From: Candidatus Thorarchaeota archaeon
GTDB taxonomy: Archaea; Asgardarchaeota; Thorarchaeia; Thorarchaeales; Thorarchaeaceae
Length of the DNA stretch: 17,201 nucleotides
Direction: 5' to 3'
Assembly: GCA_016839445.1 (NCBI GenBank)
Contig: JAEOUG010000055.1
Location: 1 to 17,201, forward strand
Under the pieces are notes generated by a model. That model was not told the origin of the DNA. It searched no databases and saw only the letters and a program-made list of their open reading frames with translations. The position numbers and the translations under genes are program-made. This document shows positions 1-7,746 of this stretch, piece by piece; position 1 is the first letter of the stretch, and each line of letters begins with the position of its first letter.

Positions 1-942
1 GCAACGGCTCTGCTGCACGTCAGCGCCATCATTGCTCTTGATTGGAGACGTATTCTCCTCCTTCCAGTGATCATCTCAATCGCACCGTTCTGGGTTATCG
101 TGGACGGTCTTCTCCGTCAGGTGCCGCCTGACAGTGTGTCGATGATCGCAATGACCATGGCTATAAGCGGCCTTCTCAACTCTGCAGTCCCCACGTTTCT
201 CTACGGGACTCTCTGGTGGCGCATGAGGAAAGCGTCTGCACCTGGAAGGGGCCGAGCTCTCTTCCTGACCTTGGGCGTTCTGCTCCTCATCTTCTCGACC
301 GCCGGCGGCAACTTGGTGACTGTGATCTCCTCTATACTCCTGTTCTCAGCCTACAGTGTCTGGTGGCTTGGTGTGACCGGCCGTGCAGACAACCTGCTTG
401 GCACAGCGGTAGAGGAGGTGCCCAACATGGCTGCGAGACTACCAGTCTACAAGACAGTACTCATTGGCGAGGGCGGTGTTGGGAAGACTAGCATCACGCT
501 TCGCTACACTGAGGATCGCTTTGACGACGAAATGAAGATGACCATTGGCGTGAACTTCGCATCCAAGAAGGTCGCGGTCGGAGATGATATCGCTACACTC
601 ATGCTATGGGATATGGGCGGCCAACCTCGATTCCGTGAGGTTGTGAGTGACTATTTCAGAGGTGCGAGGCTTGCCTTGGCAGTCTACGATTCAACGAGGT
701 ACTTCTCGCTTGAGCGGCTCCGGGAGTGGATAGGCCGTGTCAAGGAGAACGCTCCTGAGTGCAGGTTCATCTTCGTAGCCAACAAGACTGACCAGCGGCT
801 CAATGGGTCTGGAGTGCGGTTCGAAGACGGGCAGGCATTCGCTCAGGAGTACGACGCGCCTCTCATGGAGGTCTCAGCCAAGACCGGTGCCGGTATCACT
901 GAGATGTTCGAGGCCGCCGCCAGCATGCTTCTCAACCAATAG
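1..942 (+). CDS. Multi-pass membrane protein fused in frame to a C-terminal Rab-like small GTPase (5'-truncated by the window edge)
   Basis: Frame 1 is open from base 1 (ATALLHVSAIIALDWRRILLLPV...) to TAG 940-942. About 4-5 hydrophobic segments precede a GTPase domain that starts near 448. Motifs: G1 GEGGVGKTS, switch I TIGVNF, G3 WDMGGQ, G4 NKTD, G5 SAK, and RabF-like RFREV, YFRGA, AVYDST. A possible separate start is ATG 427, preceded by SD GGAGGTG. Confidence 0.9.
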   Translation, partial: ATALLHVSAIIALDWRRILLLPVIISIAPFWVIVDGLLRQVPPDSVSMIAMTMAISGLLNSAVPTFLYGTLWWRMRKASAPGRGRALFLTLGVLLLIFSTAGGNLVTVISSILLFSAYSVWWLGVTGRADNLLGTAVEEVPNMAARLPVYKTVLIGEGGVGKTSITLRYTEDRFDDEMKMTIGVNFASKKVAVGDDIATLMLWDMGGQPRFREVVSDYFRGARLALAVYDSTRYFSLERLREWIGRVKENAPECRFIFVANKTDQRLNGSGVRFEDGQAFAQEYDAPLMEVSAKTGAGITEMFEAAASMLLNQ

Positions 943-981
943 ACAAAACCCAAGATCTTTGTGCCCAACAAAGACAGAACC

Positions 982-1030
982 GGACCGGGTCTTTCCCGGT
1001 CCACCTCTTTCTCCCCTCCGTTTCTTTCCA
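982..1030 (+). terminator. Hairpin plus pyrimidine tract, probable terminator of the GTPase gene
   Basis: GGACCGGG-TCTTT-CCCGGTCC (982-1002, perfect 8-bp stem) followed by ACCTCTTTCTCCCCTCCGTTTCTTTCC. A second 7-bp stem TCTTTGT/ACAAAGA lies at 956-974. Confidence 0.55.
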
Positions 1031-1172
1031 TCCATCTGCAGTGGACCTAGTCTTGACTCCTCGCTGGGATATTACATCTGGAGAATGAGTTGTGGACTGA
1101 GGAGGCTGTCTCCAGCCTCGTTCTCAGCCCCTCGGTAGGCTCGCAGCCAAGTACGAGTTGCGCCTGTTCTTG

Positions 1173-1310
1173 CTATCCTTGCATGGCAAACCTTGGACAC
1201 TTTTCCTTGGTTATGCCAGGGGTCTCACAGGGTTTGTTCATGCCCGTGTAAAACTTGAATCCGTCAACGCCGCACTTGCCTTCGGCCGCATTATATTCGG
1301 GACAGGTCAT
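1173..1310 (-). CDS. Small four-cysteine protein, 45 aa (MTCPEYNAAEGKCGVDGFKFYTGMNKPCETPGITKEKCPRFAMQG), putative metal-binding
   Basis: Not in the ORF track because it is below the size cutoff. ATG 1310 to TAG 1173, GGAG SD about 11 nt upstream, TATA/BRE-like element at 1396-1410. Cys spacing is C-x9-C-x14-C-x9-C with CPxY/CPxF ends, and the ORF sits in an otherwise empty 510-nt gap. Confidence 0.7.
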   Translation of the reverse strand: MTCPEYNAAEGKCGVDGFKFYTGMNKPCETPGITKEKCPRFAMQG

Positions 1311-1395
1311 TTTTAGACTTACTCCGGTTCGTTCAAGTCCACGGCCCCAACATTGAGTCCGCTATGGACTTCACTTGGGACCACCCTCCAGCCAC

Positions 1396-1412
1396 ATATT
1401 AACGTATTTTGG
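1396..1412 (-). promoter_or_regulatory. Archaeal BRE/TATA-like promoter for the 45-aa gene
   Basis: Minus strand reads CCAAAATACG-TTAATAT, an AT-rich island in GC-rich context. The predicted TSS is near 1372. Confidence 0.5.
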
Positions 1413-1452
1413 ATATTCACACCTAGTGGAATCTCCCGCGGATACAGACAGG

Positions 1453-2262
1453 TCACAGAAGGCCTCGGCCTGTCATCACTTCCCGGAGTAGTCCTGGTCT
1501 ATCAGTGAAGATCCCGTCTACTCTCTGGTCCAGTAGGAACTCCATCTCCTGCCTCTCGTTTATGGTCCATACATGAACCGCAATACCGCGGCTATGGGCC
1601 GCATCAATGAACCTTTGGTCAACCACCTTTGTCGAGCCGCTCTGCAAGGGGACCTGAAACGCGGCGAAGGGTGTCTCTCGTGCTAGGAGGGGTAGCATCC
1701 TCAGTCTGAGTCCAATCACGAACCTCTTGACCTGGCTCGGATTGGCGGCCATGGCGATATCGGGAGCAATCTCATGGAATCTGCGAGCTTGAGCAGGATG
1801 AAATGAAGCCACGACGACTGAGTGTTCCATCCCCTCATCTCGAAGTAGATTCTGAAGGATACTCGGCACCTCGGGAATCGTGTCCTTCATGTCTATGTTG
1901 AAGCGCATCCCCGGGAATGCTTTGAATACCTCTCGAAGAGTGAGCACCCTCAGACCCTTTCCACGGAAAGGGTAGGTCTCTCCATCAATCGTGAACATCT
2001 CACCCAAGTCTATCTGTCGTAGCTCCTCGAGAGTGCGCTCACGGATAGTGCCCTGTTCTCCCGTTGTACGCTGGATGTCCTCATCGTGGAAGAGCACAAA
2101 CTCCCCGTCCTTCGTCAGATGTACATCCGTTTCCAGAAGATCAACGCCTATCTTCACGGCTGATTCCATTGAGGCCATAGTGTTCTCGGGGAAGTTGGCA
2201 GAGTCGCCGCGATGGGCCATGATGAGCGGCCGGTCAATGTCGAAGAGTCTGTAGGGCTTCAT
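1453..2262 (-). CDS. Glycerophosphodiester phosphodiesterase (GDPD, UgpQ/GlpQ family, cytoplasmic type)
   Basis: Motifs AHRG, PENT, ETDVHLTKDG, HD, NIDMK, VHVWTIN, VDGIFTDRP. Start moved to ATG 2262 (MKPYRLF) because the longer ORF overlaps thyX head to head. Confidence 0.93.
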   Translation of the reverse strand: MKPYRLFDIDRPLIMAHRGDSANFPENTMASMESAVKIGVDLLETDVHLTKDGEFVLFHDEDIQRTTGEQGTIRERTLEELRQIDLGEMFTIDGETYPFRGKGLRVLTLREVFKAFPGMRFNIDMKDTIPEVPSILQNLLRDEGMEHSVVVASFHPAQARRFHEIAPDIAMAANPSQVKRFVIGLRLRMLPLLARETPFAAFQVPLQSGSTKVVDQRFIDAAHSRGIAVHVWTINERQEMEFLLDQRVDGIFTDRPGLLREVMTGRGLL

Positions 2263-2383
2263 TTGGCACTGGAATGATGCACATGGGCATAAGTCCTGCG
2301 CTTCTTCCGTCCCAAAGGGCGCGCGACTGGTTCTAGATGCGATAGACATAATGCTGGCCGCTGCTCGAAGCGCTTGAACTCGA

Positions 2384-3028
2384 ATGGCTCCGCACACTGA
2401 GAAAGTCGCCAATGTGCTTGTGGAATGGACAGAGTCTGGCATTCCGTCCCTTCAGAGTATCATAGACGCGGCTGCCGCAGGGATGGTTTCGAGGAAGGAT
2501 GAGCCCTACAGAACCTTCGTGGCTGACCTGACCCTTGAGCGAGCCAAGGACTTCCTCTCCAAAATGATTCGTCTGGGTCACGAGAGCGTACTTGAGCACA
2601 TCAACTTCCAGTTCTGGGTCAGCATGTCCCGGGTTGCATCTCACCAGCAGGTGCGCCATAGAATGGCGTCCTACACTCAGATGAGCCTTCGAAAGAAACG
2701 GAGTCTGACTCCTGACGACTTCGTAGTACCTCCTCAGATTCGTCCGGAAGACCTTGATGAATGGATTGCAGACACTAAGAACGTCATTGCCACCTATGAG
2801 AAGTGGCTTGCCAAGGGCTACGATGTGGACGTGGCCCGGAGAAAGCTGACCCAGGAAGCCAGAACTGACATGGTCATCACAATAAACGCACGGTCTCTGA
2901 GGAACTACTTCAATCTGCGAGCCAAACATGACGCGGACTTCGAGATCAACACTGTGGCCAAGAAGATGTACAATCTCATCGAGAAGCAGGGCCTCGCCTT
3001 CCTGTTCGATGACATTGGGTTCTCGTGA
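2384..3028 (+). CDS. thyX: Flavin-dependent thymidylate synthase ThyX
   Basis: GHESVLEH, SRVASHQQVRHRMASYTQMS (ThyX signature RHR-x7-S), DVARR, NARSLRNYFNLR, A-x-x-EI. Confidence 0.92.
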   Translation: MAPHTEKVANVLVEWTESGIPSLQSIIDAAAAGMVSRKDEPYRTFVADLTLERAKDFLSKMIRLGHESVLEHINFQFWVSMSRVASHQQVRHRMASYTQMSLRKKRSLTPDDFVVPPQIRPEDLDEWIADTKNVIATYEKWLAKGYDVDVARRKLTQEARTDMVITINARSLRNYFNLRAKHDADFEINTVAKKMYNLIEKQGLAFLFDDIGFS

Positions 3029-3133
3029 CTTCCGAAAAATCTTCAGCTTGAGCAGCTAGAGACAGAAAAAACATGGATTTCTTTCTGCTTCTGTCGGATG
3101 ATGTTCTTTAGTCCATTGTACATCCTCTAGTCT

Positions 3134-4039
3134 ATGGTTTCTTCAAGACTGATAGCTGCCCTCCAAATACAGAGCAAGGCGCTGCAGGAGATTCACGAGT
3201 ATCTCCGTAGTCGAAGGTTCCTTGAGATAATGCCGATTATCCTGAGTACTACCACCGACCCCTTAGGGCCCGATCCCGGAAGCAGCATCATTACAACTCC
3301 ACATATCGACTATCTTGGTCAGAGCCTTGTTCTCACACAGAGTATGGTCTTACATAAGCAAATCCTCGTGTCATCGGGCATTGAGCGCTTCTATGTGATG
3401 TCCCCGAATGTCCGTCTTGAACATCCTGATAGGAATTCAACCAAGAGGCACCTCTTCGAGTTCAGTCAAGTCGACTTCGAAATTGCCCATGGCACAATGG
3501 AGGATGTCTTCATGATTGTTGAGGGCCTCCTCAAGTCTGTTACTCGACGAGTTCTCTCAGACTGTGCAGATGAGCTTGACGAGTGGTCTCGACTATTGAA
3601 GTGTCCCGCCAGATTCAAGCGCTACTCGTCTGTAGAACTCCTCGACAGGTACGGAGAAGACTGGGAAACAGCCGCCAGCCTAGATGCTACTGACCCCTTC
3701 TGGGTCATTGACCTGAAGCGTGAGTTCTATGACGCAGAGGAGCCAGAAAGACCCGGATCGTATCGCAACTACGATCTGATATATCCTGAGGGCTACGGGG
3801 AAGCTCTGAGTGGTGGCGAACGCGAGTGGGAGTACGAACGTCTTGTGAAGAGGATACTGCATGATGGACTCCCCCTAAGCCGGTTCTCAAGCTACCTGGA
3901 GCATGCCCGGGAAGGTTTCGTGCCCAGCGCAGGGGCTGGTCTAGGAGTTGAACGTCTCACGAGATATCTGGTTGGAGCTGATCATGTTGGCGATATCCAG
4001 ACCTTTAGGCGAGTTCCAGGTGAACGTGTTGTAGTATAG
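3134..4039 (+). CDS. asnA: Archaeal asparagine synthetase A (AspRS-like, lacking the anticodon-binding domain)
   Basis: Class IIb aaRS catalytic core only (301 aa): TDPLGPDP, LTQSMVLHKQ, SPNVRLE, RHLFEFSQVDFE, GYGEALSGGERE, PSAGAGLGVERL. Confidence 0.92.
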   Translation: MVSSRLIAALQIQSKALQEIHEYLRSRRFLEIMPIILSTTTDPLGPDPGSSIITTPHIDYLGQSLVLTQSMVLHKQILVSSGIERFYVMSPNVRLEHPDRNSTKRHLFEFSQVDFEIAHGTMEDVFMIVEGLLKSVTRRVLSDCADELDEWSRLLKCPARFKRYSSVELLDRYGEDWETAASLDATDPFWVIDLKREFYDAEEPERPGSYRNYDLIYPEGYGEALSGGEREWEYERLVKRILHDGLPLSRFSSYLEHAREGFVPSAGAGLGVERLTRYLVGADHVGDIQTFRRVPGERVVV

Positions 4040-4107
4040 ATGAGACTCGCGCACTTGTCATGATTTATTAGGCTCCAAGCTGAAAAAGTTAGACAAGACT
4101 AAGTTAG

Positions 4108-5535
4108 GTGTCGACGATGGTGGAGCAGGAGACCTCACTGGACAATCTCTGGGACTTCTCCGAACAGGAGGTCCGACGTCGCAGTGCTCGGAGCGAGCGA
4201 GGAATAACGAATGTCATGAAGGGAGATCCTGCTGAAACTCTCCTTCATGCAGTGTTGTGCAGCATCTATGAAGGCTTCACAGAGAGAGAGCGGCTATATG
4301 CTCATCTTGGTTCCATGTTCGCCGTGAGACTCTCTCGCATGACAGTTTCACCACTCGATGTAGATGAAGCAATTCAGCACGGTGTCAACGAGAAGCTGAT
4401 TGCTTCCGCCGACGACCCACTGGCCCTGACGGACAGAGGGAGGACTACTCTTCGAGAGTCCCGAATGCAGATTGTGCACGAGGGCTACTGGATGAGCCGC
4501 TTTCTTCAAGAGAGGAATGTCGTGGCCACCTCAGCTGTCTTTCTTCTCCTCCTCGTAGTGATCAAGACCTGGACTGGGCTCTCGATTGGCAGTCGAGCAA
4601 TGATGACTGACGGGCTTGAGAATCTAACGGATCTGATTGTAGTTGGCATCATCGGTCTCAGCCTCAAATACAAGAGGGACAAGCTTGGCGCCATCGCCAT
4701 CATGGTGTTCATGCTGATTTCAGGGGCGCTCTTGGGTATCAACGGACTCATGAGGCTGATGGAACCAGAAGTGGTCACTGTCAACTTCTGGGCATACATG
4801 GTTGCGGGTCTATCAATCGCAATGAATCTCGGCCTAATTTGGTACAAGACGGTTGTCGGGAGGATGACTGGGAATCTCGCTCTTGTCAGTGATGCGAAGG
4901 AGGACCATTCCCACATCAAGATTGGGAGTGGCGTCTTGATTGGACTGGTGTTTGCGGAGTTCCATATCTACGTCATTGACTCTATCGTGGCCATCATGAT
5001 TGCCTTCCTGATCATCTGGGAAGGGATTGAGGCTCTGAGGGAGATATTCCAGGCGGGCGATGACCTCAGTGTTGACACAATTCATCTTGCAGCAGCTGAC
5101 CAGTACGATGACCTCATCACGGCCTGGATTCTCGCCCAGCTTGCTCGATCTCCCAATACTGAACAGCAGCTCAATGAGGCTTTCATTGAGGGGATCACTA
5201 TCGGGTATCGTTACTATGATGTCCATGCAGTTCTTGGTTTCAAGGACCTTGAGAAGAATGGCATATCGAAGCACATCCAGATTGCCAAGAGAAGTGGTCT
5301 GATTGCCGACAACAACGGAAACCTCTCTATCACCAACAATGGCCTGTCCATGTACTACAAGAATCGGGTGCGGGAGGTCAAGACACTCTCGAAGAGGTTC
5401 TCAAGGGAGCTGTCCCCTCTAAAGAGCGGAGCCTACGCAATCTTCGGATTTGCCATCTTCATTCTGTTTGTGTTGTATGGCTCATCGGTCTACCAAGCAA
5501 TCTTCGACATCCTTCGTGCAGCTCTCGGAATCTAG
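4108..5535 (+). CDS. Cation diffusion facilitator (CDF)-like 6-TM domain flanked by N- and C-terminal winged-helix-like domains, plus a C-terminal TM helix
   Basis: CDF-like TM motifs GSRAMMTDGLENLTD, GNLALVSDAKEDHSH and IDSIVAIMIAFLIIWEG. Flanking soluble regions end in wing-like LIA...LALTDRGR and GLIA...LSITNNG. Start is GTG 4108 or ATG 4117, with TATA-like TTTATTA at 4064-4070. Confidence 0.8.
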   Translation: MSTMVEQETSLDNLWDFSEQEVRRRSARSERGITNVMKGDPAETLLHAVLCSIYEGFTERERLYAHLGSMFAVRLSRMTVSPLDVDEAIQHGVNEKLIASADDPLALTDRGRTTLRESRMQIVHEGYWMSRFLQERNVVATSAVFLLLLVVIKTWTGLSIGSRAMMTDGLENLTDLIVVGIIGLSLKYKRDKLGAIAIMVFMLISGALLGINGLMRLMEPEVVTVNFWAYMVAGLSIAMNLGLIWYKTVVGRMTGNLALVSDAKEDHSHIKIGSGVLIGLVFAEFHIYVIDSIVAIMIAFLIIWEGIEALREIFQAGDDLSVDTIHLAAADQYDDLITAWILAQLARSPNTEQQLNEAFIEGITIGYRYYDVHAVLGFKDLEKNGISKHIQIAKRSGLIADNNGNLSITNNGLSMYYKNRVREVKTLSKRFSRELSPLKSGAYAIFGFAIFILFVLYGSSVYQAIFDILRAALGI

Positions 5536-5544
5536 AGCCCGGAT

Positions 5545-5590
5545 AAAAAGAAGTGTGACTGGAGCTCGAGAGCTCCAGTTCTATTCTGTT
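5545..5590. terminator. Bidirectional hairpin terminator between the convergent CDF gene and porB
   Basis: ACTGGAGCT-CGAG-AGCTCCAGT (5558-5579, perfect 9-bp stem). The minus strand continues CACACTTCTTTTT and the plus strand continues TCTATTCTGTT. Confidence 0.6.
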
Positions 5591-6548
5591 ACTCGACGCC
5601 ACATCGCTTCTTGAGCAGCTCCCAGTCATGGGTGACCTGCTCTTGAATGCGCTTCCTGAAGTCTTCCCACTCGGGTTTGAAGAGGTGCTTGAACTGGCCC
5701 TGAGTCTTGAAGTACTCATCAACCGGTGTCAGTTCCTTGAGCCTCTTGCTTGGACCTGACATAATCCACTCTTCTCCGTCAATGACCTCGTAGAGGGGAT
5801 GTAGGCCGGTTTCCACAGCTAGCTTCGAGAGGGACATGCTTGCCCCTGTGTCTGAACGCCAGCCTCTTGGGCAGGGTGAGAACGCGTGAATGAACGCTGG
5901 CCCCTCAACCTCAAGCGCCTTCCGGAACTTGGTGATGAAGTCACGGTAGTTGTATGGCTCCACCGTCGCCACATAGGGAATCTTGTGTGCCGCAACAATC
6001 TCGGCCAGTGGCTTCTTTCGCTCCAGCTTGCCAGGAATTGCGCTCCCGGCCCATGAGGTTGTGGTCTCTTGTCCGGGGAACGTTCCACCAGATCTCTGAA
6101 TCCCGGTGTTCTGGTATGCACCGTTGTCATAGCACATGTAGACAAAGTCATGCCCACGTTCCAGTGCACCACTGATGGCTCCAAATCCAATGTCGAAGCT
6201 GCTTCCGTCACCGCCAATGGCGATAACATCAACGTGGTCATGCTTGTAGCGTCCCTTGTCCCGCATCGCATTGATGGCTTCAACTGCTCCGGAGGCTACA
6301 GCGGCTGCGTTTTCGAAGGCTACATGTATCCACGGAATGCGCCATGCTGTGTACGGATAGATAGTTGTCGCTACCTCTAGACACCCGGTGTTCTCGCAGA
6401 CTATTGTGGGTCCTCTGAGGGCCATGCCCATCAGTTTCACCACTGTCGGCGCTGCGCATCCAGCACACATGCGGTGGCCAGAGCTCAGAATAGGCTCACG
6501 CTTGAGCATGTCCTTGATTGATACGGCTGGTTTGTCTGATTCAGTCAC
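5589..6548 (-). CDS. porB: Pyruvate (2-oxoacid):ferredoxin oxidoreductase beta subunit
   Basis: GHRMCAGC, NTGC, TPP motif GGDG...YDN, NTGIQRS, SPCP. The GTG start overlaps the porA TAG stop by 1 nt. Confidence 0.95.
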   Translation of the reverse strand: MTESDKPAVSIKDMLKREPILSSGHRMCAGCAAPTVVKLMGMALRGPTIVCENTGCLEVATTIYPYTAWRIPWIHVAFENAAAVASGAVEAINAMRDKGRYKHDHVDVIAIGGDGSSFDIGFGAISGALERGHDFVYMCYDNGAYQNTGIQRSGGTFPGQETTTSWAGSAIPGKLERKKPLAEIVAAHKIPYVATVEPYNYRDFITKFRKALEVEGPAFIHAFSPCPRGWRSDTGASMSLSKLAVETGLHPLYEVIDGEEWIMSGPSKRLKELTPVDEYFKTQGQFKHLFKPEWEDFRKRIQEQVTHDWELLKKRCGVE

Positions 6549-7741
6549 TACTTGCGCACCCCCAGGGTTTCGTAGAGGGGAGCTTCCCCTTTCTTCAGGT
6601 ACTCCTTTGTCTTCTCGTATCCCTCGACAATGGTTGTCGGTGGCACATCTCTGCCACCAAGACCGATGACAAAGTCAGTGACCAACGGCTTCTTGTCGAG
6701 ATCATAGAGTGCGGTCTTCAGCTCCAGTGCTAGCGGGTTGCTTGGGGCACCGAATGACCTGCACTTCTCAAAGACTGCTACGGCCTTAGCCTTCTTTAGG
6801 ACTTCAGCGAGCTGCTCGGCCGGGAAGGGTCTGAACAATCTCAGTCTTACTACTCCAACCTTCTCGCCCTTCTCGCGAAGAGCATCACAGACTGCCTTGG
6901 CAGTGCCTCCCGGAGTGCTATGAGTGAAGATGATGATCTCAGCATCCTCTACCCTGTAGGTCTCGAAGAGGCCGTACTTCCGACCGGTCATCTTCTCGAA
7001 CTCCTTCTCGACCTTCTCAAAGACCTCCGGCACCTTATCCATGGCCTCGTCTTGTTGCTCCTTGAACTCGAAATAGTAGTCAGTGAGGGCAAGCGGTCCC
7101 ATGGTTATTGGATTGTCTGGGTCCAAGGCAATGAAGGGCTCCCTCACGCCCAGGAACTTCTGGACCGCATCATCAGGCAACATCTCAACTCGTTCGACGT
7201 TGTGGCTCAGGATAAAGCCGTCAATTCCGACGATGATTGGCAGGAGCACCTTGTGGTCCTCGGCAATCTTGAATGCCATGATGGTAGTGTCGTATGCCTC
7301 CTGGCAGCTCTGGCAGTAGACTTGGATGAAACCGCTGTCACGGGCGCCATACGTATCACTCCAGTCGTTGTGAATATTGATAGGAGCCGACAACGCTCTG
7401 TTGGCCACAGTGAATACAATTGGCATTCGCATGGATGCGGCACAGTACAGAATCTCCCACATCAGGGCCAGCCCTGCTGAGGCCGAGGCTGTTGCCACTC
7501 TGGCACCCACAGCGGAGGCTCCCACACAGGCCGACATGGCGCTGTGCTCGGACTCCACTGGGATGACCTTTGCCTTCACTTCTCCATCTGCGGCGAAGCG
7601 CTGGTAGTCCTCCACGATGATGGTCTGAGGAGTGATTGGGTACGCTGCGAGCACATCAAGATCACACTGCTTGAGCGCGTGGGCGATGGCTGCGTCTCCT
7701 GTCAGACCCTCGATCTTGATCTTGTCTTTGGATACAGTCAT
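6548..7741 (-). CDS. porA: Pyruvate (2-oxoacid):ferredoxin oxidoreductase alpha subunit
   Basis: AAYPITPQT, VESEHSAMSA, NRALSAPINIHND, DGFILSH, LRLFRPFP, GLGGRD. Confidence 0.95.
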   Translation of the reverse strand: MTVSKDKIKIEGLTGDAAIAHALKQCDLDVLAAYPITPQTIIVEDYQRFAADGEVKAKVIPVESEHSAMSACVGASAVGARVATASASAGLALMWEILYCAASMRMPIVFTVANRALSAPINIHNDWSDTYGARDSGFIQVYCQSCQEAYDTTIMAFKIAEDHKVLLPIIVGIDGFILSHNVERVEMLPDDAVQKFLGVREPFIALDPDNPITMGPLALTDYYFEFKEQQDEAMDKVPEVFEKVEKEFEKMTGRKYGLFETYRVEDAEIIIFTHSTPGGTAKAVCDALREKGEKVGVVRLRLFRPFPAEQLAEVLKKAKAVAVFEKCRSFGAPSNPLALELKTALYDLDKKPLVTDFVIGLGGRDVPPTTIVEGYEKTKEYLKKGEAPLYETLGVRK

Positions 7742-7746
7742 CTTCC

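Noticed and set aside
803-1138. 111-aa plus-strand and 62-aa minus-strand ORFs across the GTPase 3' end
   Set aside because: They overlap the GTPase gene and its terminator, with Ser/Pro/Arg-rich or otherwise uninformative composition.
2263-2442. 60-aa N-terminal extension of the GDPD ORF in the track
   Set aside because: It overlaps the thyX start on the opposite strand. The GDPD domain begins just after ATG 2262, so this stretch is better read as the divergent promoter region.
2333-2929. 198-aa antisense ORF over thyX, and similar antisense ORFs over the CDF, por and beta-helix genes
   Set aside because: These are shadow ORFs of well-supported genes in GC-rich sequence, with no motifs of their own.
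1453-3028. Selenocysteine read-through of TGA stops (GDPD, thyX)
   Set aside because: The TGA codons fall at the natural domain ends, not at catalytic Cys positions, and I recognised no SECIS-like element.
3134-4039. Truncated or pseudogenised aspartyl/asparaginyl-tRNA synthetase
   Set aside because: Lack of the anticodon-binding domain is the normal architecture of archaeal AsnA, and the ORF is intact.
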